Assembly: GCA_965200545.1 (NCBI GenBank)
Contig: CBDAUJ010000003.1
Location: forward strand, 60,196-124,195
From: Arenicellales bacterium
GTDB lineage: Bacteria > Pseudomonadota > Gammaproteobacteria > Arenicellales > JAJDZL01
Direction: 5' to 3'
DNA: 64,000 nucleotides
Within the stretch, counting starts at the first letter, position 1, and every line of letters starts with the position of its first letter. Under the pieces are notes generated by a model, which did no database searches, had not been told where the DNA came from, and was given only the letters and a program-made list of their open reading frames with translations. This document shows, one piece after another, positions 50,930 to 62,096 of the stretch. The position numbers and the translations under genes are program-made.

Positions 50930-51487
50930 ATGAAAGTCATACTCCTTGAAGCTATCGGCAAGCTGGGACAAATCGGAGACACGGTTGTCGTCAAGCCCGG
51001 CTATGCCCGCAATTTCCTGCTTCCAAAGAAATTAGCAGTTCGTGCTACCCCAGAAGCGATTGAAGAAGTTGAAAAACGCCGCAAAAAACTCCTGGCAGAA
51101 GAAAAAGAACGATTTGATGTGGCATCCGCTCGGGTCGATGCCGCAGTCAAGATGCTGTCGTTTGAGAAAAATGTCATTGATGACGAAGGCCGTCTGTTCG
51201 GGTCGGTTACGATCAATGAGATCATTGAGCAAGCCGCTGAGCATGGAACGGAAATCCTGCGTCAGGAAATTGATTTGGTCAGCGGTCAAATCAAGACTGT
51301 CGGTACGCACAAGGTGGCTGTTAAATTTCATCCGGAGGTGTCGTTTGAAATCGAAATCGTTGTGACGGCCGGTGAAAAAGAAAAATCGACAGAGGATATC
51401 GTTGCCAACGCGACGGCTGGCGATGATGATGAGCACGCACAACCCGAATCCATCGCTGCTGATGAGTCAAACACCAAGGCAGAGTAA
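50930..51487 (+). CDS. rplI: 50S ribosomal protein L9
   Basis: MKVILLE, VKPGYARNFLLP and GRLFGSV. Confidence 0.97.
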   Translation: MKVILLEAIGKLGQIGDTVVVKPGYARNFLLPKKLAVRATPEAIEEVEKRRKKLLAEEKERFDVASARVDAAVKMLSFEKNVIDDEGRLFGSVTINEIIEQAAEHGTEILRQEIDLVSGQIKTVGTHKVAVKFHPEVSFEIEIVVTAGEKEKSTEDIVANATAGDDDEHAQPESIAADESNTKAE

Positions 51488-51523
51488 TCCAATTCAACGG
51501 TGCATTAACGGACACAGCCGCGA

Positions 51524-52957
51524 GTGAAACCAGTTACAGCGACAGCCATACATCGCGATCTCCCGGAATTGACGAGTTCCGAGGTTGAATTGCATGCACC
51601 ACCCAGCGATGAGGGCGCTGAGCAGGCCGTTATCGGCGCGATCATCACCGATAACGACCAATATGCCGAAGTGATTGGCATCATCGAAACCAAAGATTTC
51701 TATTCTGCGCGTCATCAGATTATTTTTGAGGCGATGGGGAAACTTCTCAAGGACAATCGCAATGTTGATCTCGTGAGCATGAAAGAATATCTGGATCGGA
51801 TTGACCAGCTCGGAGGGATCGGCGGCATTGCCTACCTCGCAAAAATTCAGCAAAATACGCCGCAGACACTCAATGCAAAGACGTATGCACTGATTGTGCG
51901 TGACAAGTCGATTCTCAGGGGTTTGCTAAGATCAGCGCATTTGATTCAGAAAATGGTGTACGAGCAGAAAGAAACGCCTGCCAAGATGGTGCTGAACAAT
52001 GCGCAGCGGGTGGTTTTCGATCTTGATCAATCAACAGGCGCCGACAGCGGGCCGGTTCAAATCAATGAGCCCGTCATGGCTGCGTTTGAACAGATGGAGA
52101 GCCGGCACAAAAATCCCAGACAAGATTCAATCACAGGAGTCAAGTCGGGTCTCACCGATATCGATCATGTCACTTCCGGGTTTCAGCCTTCCGATTTAAT
52201 TGTCATTGCTGGCCGCCCCTCCATGGGCAAAACTGCACTGGCAATGAACATCGCTGAGAATTCAGTCATCGTCGAAAAAAAGACCGTTCTGATATTCAGC
52301 CTTGAAATGCCAGCAATTCAGCTTGCGATGCGCTCTCTGGCATCTGTCAGCGGTGTCAATTTGAAGGCTATTCGCGACGGCAATCTGGGTACCGGATCCC
52401 AAGAGCATGAGAACTGGGAAAAAGTCGGTCATGCACTCGATATCCTGAGTGCCGCGCCTTTGTTTATTGATGCGACTCCCGGCGTATCGCCAGTGGAAAT
52501 TGTCGGCCGTTCGCAGAAACTCAAGCGCAGTCATGGACTGGATATGGTCATTGTTGATTACTTGCAATTGATGCAGATGAAAGACACTGACGTCAATCGG
52601 GCGACTGAGCTTGCCAATATCACCCGCGAGCTGAAGTTTCTGGCGAAAGACTTGAATATTCCGGTCATCGCACTGTCCCAAATCAATCGGGCAGTGGAAA
52701 CGCGGCCCGATAAAAGACCATTGATGGCCGACTTGCGAGAGTCGGGCGCCATTGAGCAGGATGCCGATCTGATCCTTTTTGTGTATCGCGACGAGATGTA
52801 CAAGCCCAACTCCAAAGACAAAGGTGCGGCGGAAATCAATATCGCCAAGCACCGCAATGGTGAGACCAAAACAGTCAAGCTTATATTTCAAAAAGAGTTT
52901 TGCCACTTTGACAACTACTCAGACAGAGAAGACCTTGACGAGATTCACGATGTCTAG
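51524..52957 (+). CDS. dnaB: Replicative DNA helicase
   Basis: AGRPSMGKT, FSLEM, VDYLQLM and DLRESGAIEQDAD; no intein. Confidence 0.97.
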   Translation: MKPVTATAIHRDLPELTSSEVELHAPPSDEGAEQAVIGAIITDNDQYAEVIGIIETKDFYSARHQIIFEAMGKLLKDNRNVDLVSMKEYLDRIDQLGGIGGIAYLAKIQQNTPQTLNAKTYALIVRDKSILRGLLRSAHLIQKMVYEQKETPAKMVLNNAQRVVFDLDQSTGADSGPVQINEPVMAAFEQMESRHKNPRQDSITGVKSGLTDIDHVTSGFQPSDLIVIAGRPSMGKTALAMNIAENSVIVEKKTVLIFSLEMPAIQLAMRSLASVSGVNLKAIRDGNLGTGSQEHENWEKVGHALDILSAAPLFIDATPGVSPVEIVGRSQKLKRSHGLDMVIVDYLQLMQMKDTDVNRATELANITRELKFLAKDLNIPVIALSQINRAVETRPDKRPLMADLRESGAIEQDADLILFVYRDEMYKPNSKDKGAAEINIAKHRNGETKTVKLIFQKEFCHFDNYSDREDLDEIHDV

Positions 52958-52980
52958 TCTGTCGCTCGCTGGCACATGCA

Positions 52981-54054
52981 ATGAGAGTACTCGGGACAGT
53001 CGATCGATCGGCCATTGTCCATAATCTGCGTCGGGTTCGCCAGTGCGCCCCGCGCGCACGTGTGATGGCGGTCATCAAATCAAATGCATACGGCCATGGT
53101 TTGATCCCGATTGCCAAAGTTTTGCAAGCTTCGGCAGACGCTTTTGCGGTGGCCACAATCGAAGAGGCTGTTGCGCTTCGCCGCGCCCGAGTAGACATCC
53201 CAATTTGTGTGCTGTCGGGTTTTTACTCGGCTGCTCAGATCGCGGATGTACAGCAGCACAGGCTCAATGTGGTCGTGCATTGCGCCCACCAGATTGAACT
53301 GCTTAGGCAAGCCGATCCAGCGCAGCCGACCTGTGTGTGGATGAAAATCAATACCGGCATGAATCGACTCGGATTCTCAATCCGTGAGGCAGCGGAACGA
53401 TTCAATGAAATCAATGCCATTCCGCACAGCTTGATGCAAGGCGTGATGTCGCACTTTGCAAGCGCCGATGCGCTTGATTCAGACTTCACAGCTGTGCAGA
53501 TTGAAACCTTCAAAACGGCAGCGGAAGGTTTTGGCGTGCCGATGAGCATCGCCAATTCGGCTGCCATTCTCAAGTGGCCGGCCAGCCATTTCGATTGGGT
53601 TCGCCCCGGTATCATGCTCTATGGCGCATCACCGTTCAGCGCCATTTCTGCCGCAGCGCTCGGTCTGAGGCCAGCGATGACAGTGCGCGCCGCAATCATT
53701 GCCATCAATGAGGTATCGCCGAATGAATGCGTTGGCTACGGCCAGACCTGGACAAGTTCCAAAAATACCCCGGTTGGAATTGTGGCCTGCGGCTATGGGG
53801 ACGGTTTGGCGCGAAACATCGCTGCCGGCACAGAAGTTCTGGTTGAAGGTCAGCGCGCAAAAATCATCGGCAGAGTCTCCATGGATTCACTTGCGGTTGA
53901 TCTTTCCGGCTGTCCGGCAGTCAAGATCGGCACACCCGTGACTCTGTTCGGTGCGGGATTGCCGGTGGAAAGTCTCGCTCGCGCAACGGGCACAATCGCC
54001 TACGAGACCCTCAATTCAATGCACAGCCGTCAAGTCTCCGTGCAGTATCTGTGA
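52981..54054 (+). CDS. alr: Alanine racemase
   Basis: AVIKSNAYGHG, TGMNRLG, RPGIMLYG, GYGDG and GRVSMD. Confidence 0.96.
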   Translation: MRVLGTVDRSAIVHNLRRVRQCAPRARVMAVIKSNAYGHGLIPIAKVLQASADAFAVATIEEAVALRRARVDIPICVLSGFYSAAQIADVQQHRLNVVVHCAHQIELLRQADPAQPTCVWMKINTGMNRLGFSIREAAERFNEINAIPHSLMQGVMSHFASADALDSDFTAVQIETFKTAAEGFGVPMSIANSAAILKWPASHFDWVRPGIMLYGASPFSAISAAALGLRPAMTVRAAIIAINEVSPNECVGYGQTWTSSKNTPVGIVACGYGDGLARNIAAGTEVLVEGQRAKIIGRVSMDSLAVDLSGCPAVKIGTPVTLFGAGLPVESLARATGTIAYETLNSMHSRQVSVQYL

Positions 54055-54060
54055 CACCCG

Positions 54061-54882
54061 TCAATCCGTTCGCAGCAATTCGTTCAATCCAGTTTTTTTG
54101 CGAGTCTTCTCATCGACCTGCTTGACAATCACCGCACAATACAAGCTGTATGAGCTGTCTGCAGATGGCAGATTTCCAGAGACGACAACCGACCCTGGAG
54201 GTACATGACCGTAACTGACCGTGCCGGTTTCGCGATTGTATATTTTCGTGCTCTGGCCGATATACACGCCCATCGAAATGACTGAACCCTTGCCGACAAC
54301 AACACCTTCAACAATTTCGCTGCGGGCGCCGATAAAGCAGTCATCTTCAATAATGGTTGGAGTCGCCTGCAGCGGTTCCAATACGCCGCCGATGCCGACA
54401 CCTCCTGAGAGGTGCACATTCTTGCCGATTTGGGCGCAGGAACCGACGGTTGCCCAAGTGTCCACCATCGTGCCTTCATCCACATACGCGCCAATATTGA
54501 CATAACTCGGCATCAGCACCACGTTGCGAGCGATAAATGCGCCTTCGCGTACCGTCGCAGGCGGCACCACGCGGTAACCGCCGCGAGTGAAATCTGCAGA
54601 GTCGAAGCGGTCGAATTTCCGTTTTACCTTGTCGTAATAGACGGCATTGCCATCACGCAGGATCTCATTGTCCTCAATGCGGAAAGACAGCAGCACAGCT
54701 TTTTTGAGCCATTCGTTGACAAGCCATTCGCCCCCTGATTTGCAGGCGACGCGTGCGGTTCCGTCGCCAAGTGCCAGCAAAGCCTCACGCACGGCTTTTT
54801 TGGTTTCGGCGGGGCAGTTTTGAGTGTTCAGCTGCGCTCTTTGCTCAAACGCATGATTGATGACAGATTCAATTGTTTTCAT
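54061..54882 (-). CDS. dapD: Tetrahydrodipicolinate N-succinyltransferase
   Basis: [40 protein letters not shown] and GGVLEPLQA. Confidence 0.98.
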   Translation of the reverse strand: MKTIESVINHAFEQRAQLNTQNCPAETKKAVREALLALGDGTARVACKSGGEWLVNEWLKKAVLLSFRIEDNEILRDGNAVYYDKVKRKFDRFDSADFTRGGYRVVPPATVREGAFIARNVVLMPSYVNIGAYVDEGTMVDTWATVGSCAQIGKNVHLSGGVGIGGVLEPLQATPTIIEDDCFIGARSEIVEGVVVGKGSVISMGVYIGQSTKIYNRETGTVSYGHVPPGSVVVSGNLPSADSSYSLYCAVIVKQVDEKTRKKTGLNELLRTD

Positions 54883-54887
54883 AGGTC

Positions 54888-57521
54888 TTACTTTTTGTGT
54901 AATTTAAGGGATTCTGTAATCGCAATCGACAGTGACTGCCTGAATTCTTCGTTGGACAAGGTGTTGCCGTCGCGATCAACAACAAAAAAAGCGTCTTCTG
55001 CCCAGGCGCCGGCTGTAGTCACTTTCGCGGACAGGACATTGACCTTGAAGTCAAGCAAAGTTTTCACGACGAGGTAAAGCAGGCCGGGACGGTCCTGTGC
55101 GCGCACGACCATGACCGTGTAGTCCTTGCTCGGGGAATCAGTGAACACGATTTTGGTCGGAAAGGACAAATGGCGAGCGACACTGTCCTGAGCGAGGGTG
55201 CGCGGCTGGTGCTCAACGGTCCGTTGCATGATGGCGTTTCGAACCTCAGTTTCGTACTGCCGCAGATTGCTCTCGCTTTTGGCTTGATCGGCATCGCGCA
55301 GCAGCACCACAAACGAAAATGCAGTCAGACCCATCGACAAGGGATGGATGCGCGATTCGACCACACTGAGCAGACATCGGTCGATTGATCCGGCGATAAT
55401 CGCCAGCAACGCGACTGAAGTCGGCGCCAGGACGAAAATGTGAATGACATCGATGGATGGATGTGCTCGAAATGCGACCAGCGGCAGCTCAATAGCACTC
55501 GCTGAGGCGCTGATCTCAACGTGCCAGGCGATGGTTTCAGCATCGTAGCTCAGAAAGTAGTCGTTGTCGCAGAATTGCCAGAATATCTCAGCGGATTTTC
55601 GCAATCGGGAGTTGCGGTGAAAGACGGCCAGTGTGTCATTCTTGATTTCATTTATACGCGGCTGAATTTCCTCCCGAGGCAAACTGCCGGTCAAAAGCAT
55701 CCGGGATGTTGCCAGATACAGATGTTCCAGCATTTTGCCTTTCCAGTCGTTCCAGACGGTGGGACCTGTGCCGCGCATATCCGCGATGGTCAGCAAAAAC
55801 AAGTGATCCAAATGCTCCTGATTGCCAACGCGCACTGCAAAGCGGACAATAACTTGCGGGTCATTTAAATCTTCACGCTGACTGGTAAAGCTCATATGCA
55901 GATGATGTCGCACCAGCCACGCGATCAGGTGGGCATCATAGTCATCCATGCCGATGCGCTTGCAGAATCGGAGGGTCTGCGCCTCTCCCAGTTCAGAATG
56001 GTCACCGCCTTGGCCTTTTGCGATGTCGTGAAATAGACACGCGAAAAACAGTCTTTCAATGTGGGTGATGCGCGCCATGGCTTGCGCCGCCAGCGGAAAT
56101 TCGTTTTCTGCTTCCGGCAGTGTGAGCTGATGCAGATGATTGACGACATGCAGCAGATGGGCATCGACGGTGTAGACATGAAACAGATCATACTGCAGCT
56201 GCCCAGTAATTTTTCTGAATTCAGGAATAATGCTACCCAGAAGACCCGTGTCATCCATCAGTCTCAGCGTCTCCGGGAGTCGATTTGTGTCGCTGAAAAT
56301 CTCGCGCAAAATCCCATTCACACGGGGTTTGCGCCTGATTTTGCTATCAATGCGGCGTTTGTTGGAGCGCATCAGGCGCAATGCCGATGCGCGCACCCCG
56401 CGAATCGATGGTGTGCGCTGAAACAAGCGGCACGCCTCAATCAGCACTTCGGGTGCGGCATCGATGACAGCGGGGTCTGAAAAATCCAGATATCCGTCGA
56501 CCAGATGAAAACATGGGCTCAGCTGGATTCTTTTGGATTTCCTGGTGTTGACGATTGTCTCTTCGAAATGCTGCAGCAGCATTTCGTTGATGTGGCGCAG
56601 TTCCTTAACCGTGGCGAAATAGGTTTTCATCAGCTTCTCAACGCCCTTATTGGCATCGTCGTCAATCAGTCCGAGATAGGTTGCCAGCTTGATCTGATGC
56701 GAGAACAACAGCCGGTCGTCTCGACGTCCCAGTTCAAAGTGCAGCAGATTGCGCAGGCGCCACAGGTAATCGCGCCCATTGATCAAAATCTCATACTCAT
56801 CCTCTTGCAGGAATCCGCGATTGACAAGCTCATGCAGACTCTTGGTGCCGAAATATCGCTTGGTCACCCAGACAATTGTGTGAATGTCGCGCAAGCCGCC
56901 CGGACCCTCTTTGATATTCGGTTCCAGGTTCTTCGCAGTATCGGCAAATTTCCGGTGTCGCAGGCGCTGCTCGTTCAGTTTCGCCTGGAAAAATTTTTTC
57001 GCTGGCCATAGCTTGGACGCATTGAGCTTCCGTTCCAGTTTCTTGAACAAAACATGCGTTCCGGCGCAGTAGCGCGCTTCCAGCAGATTGGTCATCACTG
57101 TGATATCCGCTCGTGACTGCGCGACACAGTCATCAAGCGTGCGGACGCTGTTGCCGATTTCAAAACCAATATCCCACATAAAGGTCACGAACTGTTTAAT
57201 CCGCTGCTGCAGGCTTGCGTCTGGATTTCGTTCAAGCAGGATCATCACGTCAATATCGGAGTAGGGGTTGAGTTCGCCGCGGCCATAGCCGCCGACGGCA
57301 ACCAAGCAGGCGGGACCGTCCTGCCCATCCGCCTCAATCAGCCGCTGCCAAAGCGCAATCAGTACGGTATCGACCAGCTGCACTCGTCCAGTCACCAGTG
57401 CCGCCGGTGACAAGCCGGCGGCGTGCTGACGCTTGAGTTCCTCAGTGCCAGCCTGCACACGCTCACGAAATTCATCGGTAAGCGCGGTCAACTCCGTTGC
57501 GATGGCCAGTGCAGCGCTCAC
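54888..57521 (-). CDS. glnD: [Protein-PII] uridylyltransferase
   Basis: [43 protein letters not shown] and ACT domains. Confidence 0.97.
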   Translation of the reverse strand: MSAALAIATELTALTDEFRERVQAGTEELKRQHAAGLSPAALVTGRVQLVDTVLIALWQRLIEADGQDGPACLVAVGGYGRGELNPYSDIDVMILLERNPDASLQQRIKQFVTFMWDIGFEIGNSVRTLDDCVAQSRADITVMTNLLEARYCAGTHVLFKKLERKLNASKLWPAKKFFQAKLNEQRLRHRKFADTAKNLEPNIKEGPGGLRDIHTIVWVTKRYFGTKSLHELVNRGFLQEDEYEILINGRDYLWRLRNLLHFELGRRDDRLLFSHQIKLATYLGLIDDDANKGVEKLMKTYFATVKELRHINEMLLQHFEETIVNTRKSKRIQLSPCFHLVDGYLDFSDPAVIDAAPEVLIEACRLFQRTPSIRGVRASALRLMRSNKRRIDSKIRRKPRVNGILREIFSDTNRLPETLRLMDDTGLLGSIIPEFRKITGQLQYDLFHVYTVDAHLLHVVNHLHQLTLPEAENEFPLAAQAMARITHIERLFFACLFHDIAKGQGGDHSELGEAQTLRFCKRIGMDDYDAHLIAWLVRHHLHMSFTSQREDLNDPQVIVRFAVRVGNQEHLDHLFLLTIADMRGTGPTVWNDWKGKMLEHLYLATSRMLLTGSLPREEIQPRINEIKNDTLAVFHRNSRLRKSAEIFWQFCDNDYFLSYDAETIAWHVEISASASAIELPLVAFRAHPSIDVIHIFVLAPTSVALLAIIAGSIDRCLLSVVESRIHPLSMGLTAFSFVVLLRDADQAKSESNLRQYETEVRNAIMQRTVEHQPRTLAQDSVARHLSFPTKIVFTDSPSKDYTVMVVRAQDRPGLLYLVVKTLLDFKVNVLSAKVTTAGAWAEDAFFVVDRDGNTLSNEEFRQSLSIAITESLKLHKK

Positions 57522-57582
57522 GAATCTCGCGGTGAATCAGAATGTTTTGACAGACAATGCTGCTGGGTTGGACTGCGGTGCA

Positions 57583-58362
57583 TCAATTGTGCAATTCAGC
57601 CGGGGAGAGTGTAAGGATTTCGCAGCCGCCTTGCGTCACGGCCAGCGTGTGTTCCCATTGTGCCGACAGGCTGCCATCTTTGGTTACCACGGTCCACTGA
57701 TCGCCCATGACCCGCGTTCCTTTCTTGCCCGCATTGACCATTGGCTCAACGGTAAAAGTCATGCCGGCCTCGATGCGCATGCCCATACCTGGCTGGCCGA
57801 AATTGAGAACTTGCGGCTCTTCATGAAATTCACGGCCGATGCCGTGCCCGCAATAGTCTTCCACAACGGTATAGCCATTGCGCTGCGCGTGCCGCTGCAC
57901 CGCATAGCCGACATCACCGAGCGTTGCCCCCGGCTTGACCTGCTCAATGCCTCTCATCATGCTTTCGTAAGCGACGCGGCTCAGCCGCATGGCCTGAATC
58001 GACACCTCTCCAACATGAAACATGCGGCTGGTATCGCCATGAAACCCGTTGTGGATCACGGTTACGTCAATATTGCAGATGTCGCCTTTTTTCAATCTCT
58101 TTTTGCCTGGAATGCCGTGACAAACGACATTGTTGACCGACGTGCAAATTGACTTCGGGAAACCGCGATAATTCAGCGGGGCGGGGATGCATTTGATTTC
58201 GTCCACAATGTAGCGGTGGCAAAGCGCATCAAGCTCATCCGTTGTGACACCGGCTTGCACATGCGGCTCAATCATATTGAGCACTGAAGCGGCTAGACGG
58301 CCCGCTTCGCGCATCTGCTCGATTTCTTCAGGTGATTTGATGGATACGGTGGCTATCGGCAT
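57583..58362 (-). CDS. map: Methionine aminopeptidase type I
   Basis: CTSVN.VVCHGIP, DVTV, HGDTSRM, GHGIG..FHE.P, EPM and AQWEHT; ATG at 58362. Confidence 0.97.
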   Translation of the reverse strand: MPIATVSIKSPEEIEQMREAGRLAASVLNMIEPHVQAGVTTDELDALCHRYIVDEIKCIPAPLNYRGFPKSICTSVNNVVCHGIPGKKRLKKGDICNIDVTVIHNGFHGDTSRMFHVGEVSIQAMRLSRVAYESMMRGIEQVKPGATLGDVGYAVQRHAQRNGYTVVEDYCGHGIGREFHEEPQVLNFGQPGMGMRIEAGMTFTVEPMVNAGKKGTRVMGDQWTVVTKDGSLSAQWEHTLAVTQGGCEILTLSPAELHN

Positions 58363-58641
58363 GATTGGTCGGAATTTGCTCCTGTCCGAATGGGTTCTGC
58401 AATATGGCGTCATTATAGAATGCGCGTCCGCATGATTGACGAAAACACCCTGCATTGACACCAAATTGGCAGCGCGGTCGACTTTGCGGACTGCGTTTCA
58501 AGCCATCCGCCGATGATGCGATTGCGGCGGATATGGAATATCATTTGTTCGCGCGAAAGGCATCGATTCTGCCGCGTGAAAGTTCAGCGCATCCGCCAGT
58601 CCAATTCTTTGAAACCGGAACCATCAAATCACGGGACAGTC

Positions 58642-60033
58642 GTGAAGGAGCAAGGTACCGCCTGGAGAGACATTCTGACTGACCGCTATCGATCGTCATT
58701 GGCTCTCGTTTGCCTTTCAGTCTGGCTGCATGCGTCGATGGTTACGGCAATTTCGACGCTGATTCCAAGCATGGTGGAAGACATTGGCGGCATCGCTCTG
58801 GTGCCGTGGAATTTTGCGCTGTATGACATGGGCTCAATTGTCGCAAGCGCTGGATGCGGGCTTTTAGTCTACCGTTACCAGATGCGATTGCCATTGTGCG
58901 TTGCCGCCATTGTTTTCGCAGCCGGCAGTGTCATCTGCGCACTTACAGCCTGGATGCCCGTTGTCGTACTGGGCCGGCTACTGCAGGGATTGGGGGGCGG
59001 CGGGCTGATTGCAATTGCGTTTATTGGCATCAGCTCGCTGTTTCCGGAGCGATTGATTCCCCGAGCCATGGGTGCCGTATCTGCGATTTGGGGTGCATCT
59101 GCCTTTCTTGGGCCGCTGATTGGCGCATTTTTTGCGCAGCAGCTGTCATGGCGAGCGGCATTTTGGTTTTTTGCTGTGATGTCAATCGGGCTGGCGCTGT
59201 GGATCCGCGCCGGCGTTACGACGGCGACGCAAAAAGCCGCATCACAGACTGCCGGCAGATTTCCCATCCGAAGGCTGCTAGTCTTGTCCGCTGGAGTGCT
59301 GCTGATCGCCGCTGGCGGAATTGACATTTCGCCCGTCAAGACAAGTCTCTTTGTTTTGGCGGGCATCGGCTTTCTGGCGGGATTTATCCAGATGGATGGC
59401 GCAAGAGATGACAGCCGGCTGCTGCCCCGCAGACCGATTGGATTCTTGCATCCGGTAAGCGCTGGCCTGACCATGATTTTGTGCTTTACCATGGCCGCCA
59501 CAGTAATTACTGTGTACGGTCCTTTATTTATTGTGAAACTACATGATGTATCTATTATAAAGGCTGGATATATCGTTGCATGTTCTTCAATTGGGTGGAG
59601 TTTATGTGCGGTGCTGATTGCCGGCATTCATCCGAACTGGGATCGCCTCGCGATTGTGGCTGGGATGATGATGCTGACGGCTAGCATGATTGGATTTGTA
59701 TTCTTTATTGCGCAAGGTCCAATCATCTTGCTGGCATTTTTGGCCCTGGTTGAAGGCGGTGGTTTCGGACTGGCTTGGGGCAGTATTCTGCGCCATATGC
59801 TGGTGCAGATGGAATCTGACGATCGCGAGCGGGTCTCGGCGGCGATCCCAACGATTCAGCGTCTGGGATATGCAGTCGGTGCCGCCTGGATCGGCATTGT
59901 GGCCAATGCGAGTGGCTTGGCGCTGGACGTTGATGCAGAAACCTTGGGCACGATTGCGCAATGGGTTTTTCTGGCCTGCCTGCCATTTGCCCTGCTGGGC
60001 TTGATTGCAACCTGGCGATTTGTTCGGCAGTGA
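58642..60033 (+). CDS. MFS transporter (drug/H+ antiporter-like)
   Basis: Many TM segments, GRLLQGLGGG and GPLIG; start estimated (GTG 58642). Confidence 0.88.
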   Translation: MKEQGTAWRDILTDRYRSSLALVCLSVWLHASMVTAISTLIPSMVEDIGGIALVPWNFALYDMGSIVASAGCGLLVYRYQMRLPLCVAAIVFAAGSVICALTAWMPVVVLGRLLQGLGGGGLIAIAFIGISSLFPERLIPRAMGAVSAIWGASAFLGPLIGAFFAQQLSWRAAFWFFAVMSIGLALWIRAGVTTATQKAASQTAGRFPIRRLLVLSAGVLLIAAGGIDISPVKTSLFVLAGIGFLAGFIQMDGARDDSRLLPRRPIGFLHPVSAGLTMILCFTMAATVITVYGPLFIVKLHDVSIIKAGYIVACSSIGWSLCAVLIAGIHPNWDRLAIVAGMMMLTASMIGFVFFIAQGPIILLAFLALVEGGGFGLAWGSILRHMLVQMESDDRERVSAAIPTIQRLGYAVGAAWIGIVANASGLALDVDAETLGTIAQWVFLACLPFALLGLIATWRFVRQ

Positions 60034-60099
60034 CGGGATGCACTGATTCGTCTGCGGCTGAACACTGCTTCGAGAGTTGTTGCAAGGGATAGGAGTAGT

Positions 60100-60435
60100 G
60101 TTCAGACTCGAGCAGAGATTCTCGCAAGCAAGATCGTGGCATTTGCCAGTTCGGCGGTAATACGCAACCGTCCTTGTTTCCGAGATATTTGGGATATGCA
60201 TTGGCTCAAAGTGAACAGTACACAGACTCGTTACGATCTGGTGCACACTAAAATGAGTGACCGCCGTGTCGAATCAGATTGTCTTCAGATCGCAGCAGAC
60301 AAATCAGTGGATATTATTCATTTAACTGAATTCTCTAACGAGATGCGGCGGTTTCTGCCCCGCCGGATACCGTTTCTTAAACAATCGACAAACCTCAGTT
60401 CTTGGAATATCTGGCCAGCGAAACGGAGCGTTTGA
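60100..60435 (+). pseudogene. AbiEii-family nucleotidyltransferase toxin, C-terminal remnant
   Basis: VQTRAEILASKIVAF...FRDIWDMHWL...EMRRFLP matches the E..A.K..A / RD.WD signature; the N-terminal half is absent. Confidence 0.65.
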
Positions 60436-60551
60436 TCCGAGCCGCTTGCGACTGAATGAGCAGAGAATCTATCTTCGCATACTCTGTATACTGTAGATAT
60501 GCTATAAGAATATAAGATAATCCTATATTCAAACAAAATATTATCTTATAA

Positions 60552-61802
60552 ATGCGATATATTGAACGTTTTGTCGAAGAAAAAATAGTCAATTCACTGG
60601 TGGCATTCCCAGCCGTCTATATCGCTGGCCCTCGTCAATCCGGCAAAACCACTCTGGTCAAGCGTATTTGCGCAAGTCACCATTCGGCGCATTACATTAC
60701 TTTTGACGATTTCCAATACCGTTCCGCTGCCAGACATGATCCGGAGGCATTCTTGCGCGGTTTGAAAGGAAATGTGGTGCTGGACGAAGTTCAGTTGGTA
60801 CCAGAGATATTCAGGCCTTTGAAAATCATCGTCGATGAGAGTCGCCAGTCAGAAGATGGCGGACGGGGTAAATTTACTCTGACCGGTTCTGCCAGCGTAT
60901 TGGCACTGCCGCAACTTTCCGATGCTCTGGCTGGAAGGATGTCGGTGCATAACCTGCTGCCTTTTTCAGCAGCTGAACTCTATGCTGCGCGACAGGCCAA
61001 TATTATTGATAGAGCTTTTTCTGACAATCTCAATTTTGACAACAGCTGCGAGTATGATATCAATCAAATTCTAAAGGATGCCTCATTCCCTGAGCTCTTG
61101 ACGCTTGATGATCCGTTGATTCGACAAGAATGGTGCAACAGCTATCTTCAAACAGTTCTTCTGCGTGATGTTTATTCCCTGCTTGAGGTTCAGAAAATTG
61201 CCAGTTTGCCCGATATGCTGAATTTACTTGCAACGCGAACTGGCGGCCTGTTAAATGAGGCGTCACTTGCTCGAGATTTGGGTTTAAATCATCTCACGGC
61301 CAAGAAATATCGCGTATTGCTGGAGTGTCTTTTTCTTACGCTTTCCGTGCCGGCCTGGAAAGTCAATCTCGGCAATCGACTGGTCAAAACGCCAAAAATA
61401 TACTTAAGCGATATCAATTTGCTTCTTCATCTGCTGCGCCTGCCGCAGAACTTTATTGAATCCGTGGATCGCGCGCAAGTCGGTAAAGTCATTGAGAATC
61501 TTGCTGCCGTTGAATTGGCCAAGCAGATTACTTTTGCGGCAACGCCAGCTCGGCTGTATCACTATCGGACGAGTTCACAACAGGAGGTTGATTTTCTGCT
61601 TGAATCGAACAGCGGTCAAGTCGTCGGTATTGAGGTGAAGTCGACTGGCAGAGTCTCATCAAGAGATTTTCGAAACTTACGTATTCTGGAAGACAAAATG
61701 AACGCAAAATTCAAATGCGGATTCGTTGTTAATCTTGGAAGAGAAGTTGTTCAGTTTGGCAGCCGCTTGTATGCGTTGCCTTTCGCAGCGCTATGGAGTT
61801 GA
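60552..61802 (+). CDS. AAA_14 ATPase with DUF4143 (PD-(D/E)xK-like) C-terminus
   Basis: GPRQSGKTT, LDEVQ, LTGS, KTPKIY..D and EVDFLLE...IEVK. Confidence 0.92.
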   Translation: MRYIERFVEEKIVNSLVAFPAVYIAGPRQSGKTTLVKRICASHHSAHYITFDDFQYRSAARHDPEAFLRGLKGNVVLDEVQLVPEIFRPLKIIVDESRQSEDGGRGKFTLTGSASVLALPQLSDALAGRMSVHNLLPFSAAELYAARQANIIDRAFSDNLNFDNSCEYDINQILKDASFPELLTLDDPLIRQEWCNSYLQTVLLRDVYSLLEVQKIASLPDMLNLLATRTGGLLNEASLARDLGLNHLTAKKYRVLLECLFLTLSVPAWKVNLGNRLVKTPKIYLSDINLLLHLLRLPQNFIESVDRAQVGKVIENLAAVELAKQITFAATPARLYHYRTSSQQEVDFLLESNSGQVVGIEVKSTGRVSSRDFRNLRILEDKMNAKFKCGFVVNLGREVVQFGSRLYALPFAALWS

Positions 61803-62096
61803 GTCGCCAGGCTGATTGCAGTCTTGGAAGGTTGAGTAGCACCACTTGTGTCAAAACAATTTATTTCTGAGATTGAAATAAGGTTGCGCAGACAATATAA
61901 ATTTGTCAGATACTGCCGTTTGTCATGTAATCAATCAGGAAATGAGTCGCGAAACTTTTCCTAATGAATGCAGAGTTGAGTTGTAAATCATGCCATAAAA
62001 AGCCATGCCAAGGTGTAGAAATTTTTGCGTAAAACCAGCACATTGCCTTAGCTGACAATTGTGAGTTTTGGTTGGCGTTAACGATTACCAAGAAGA

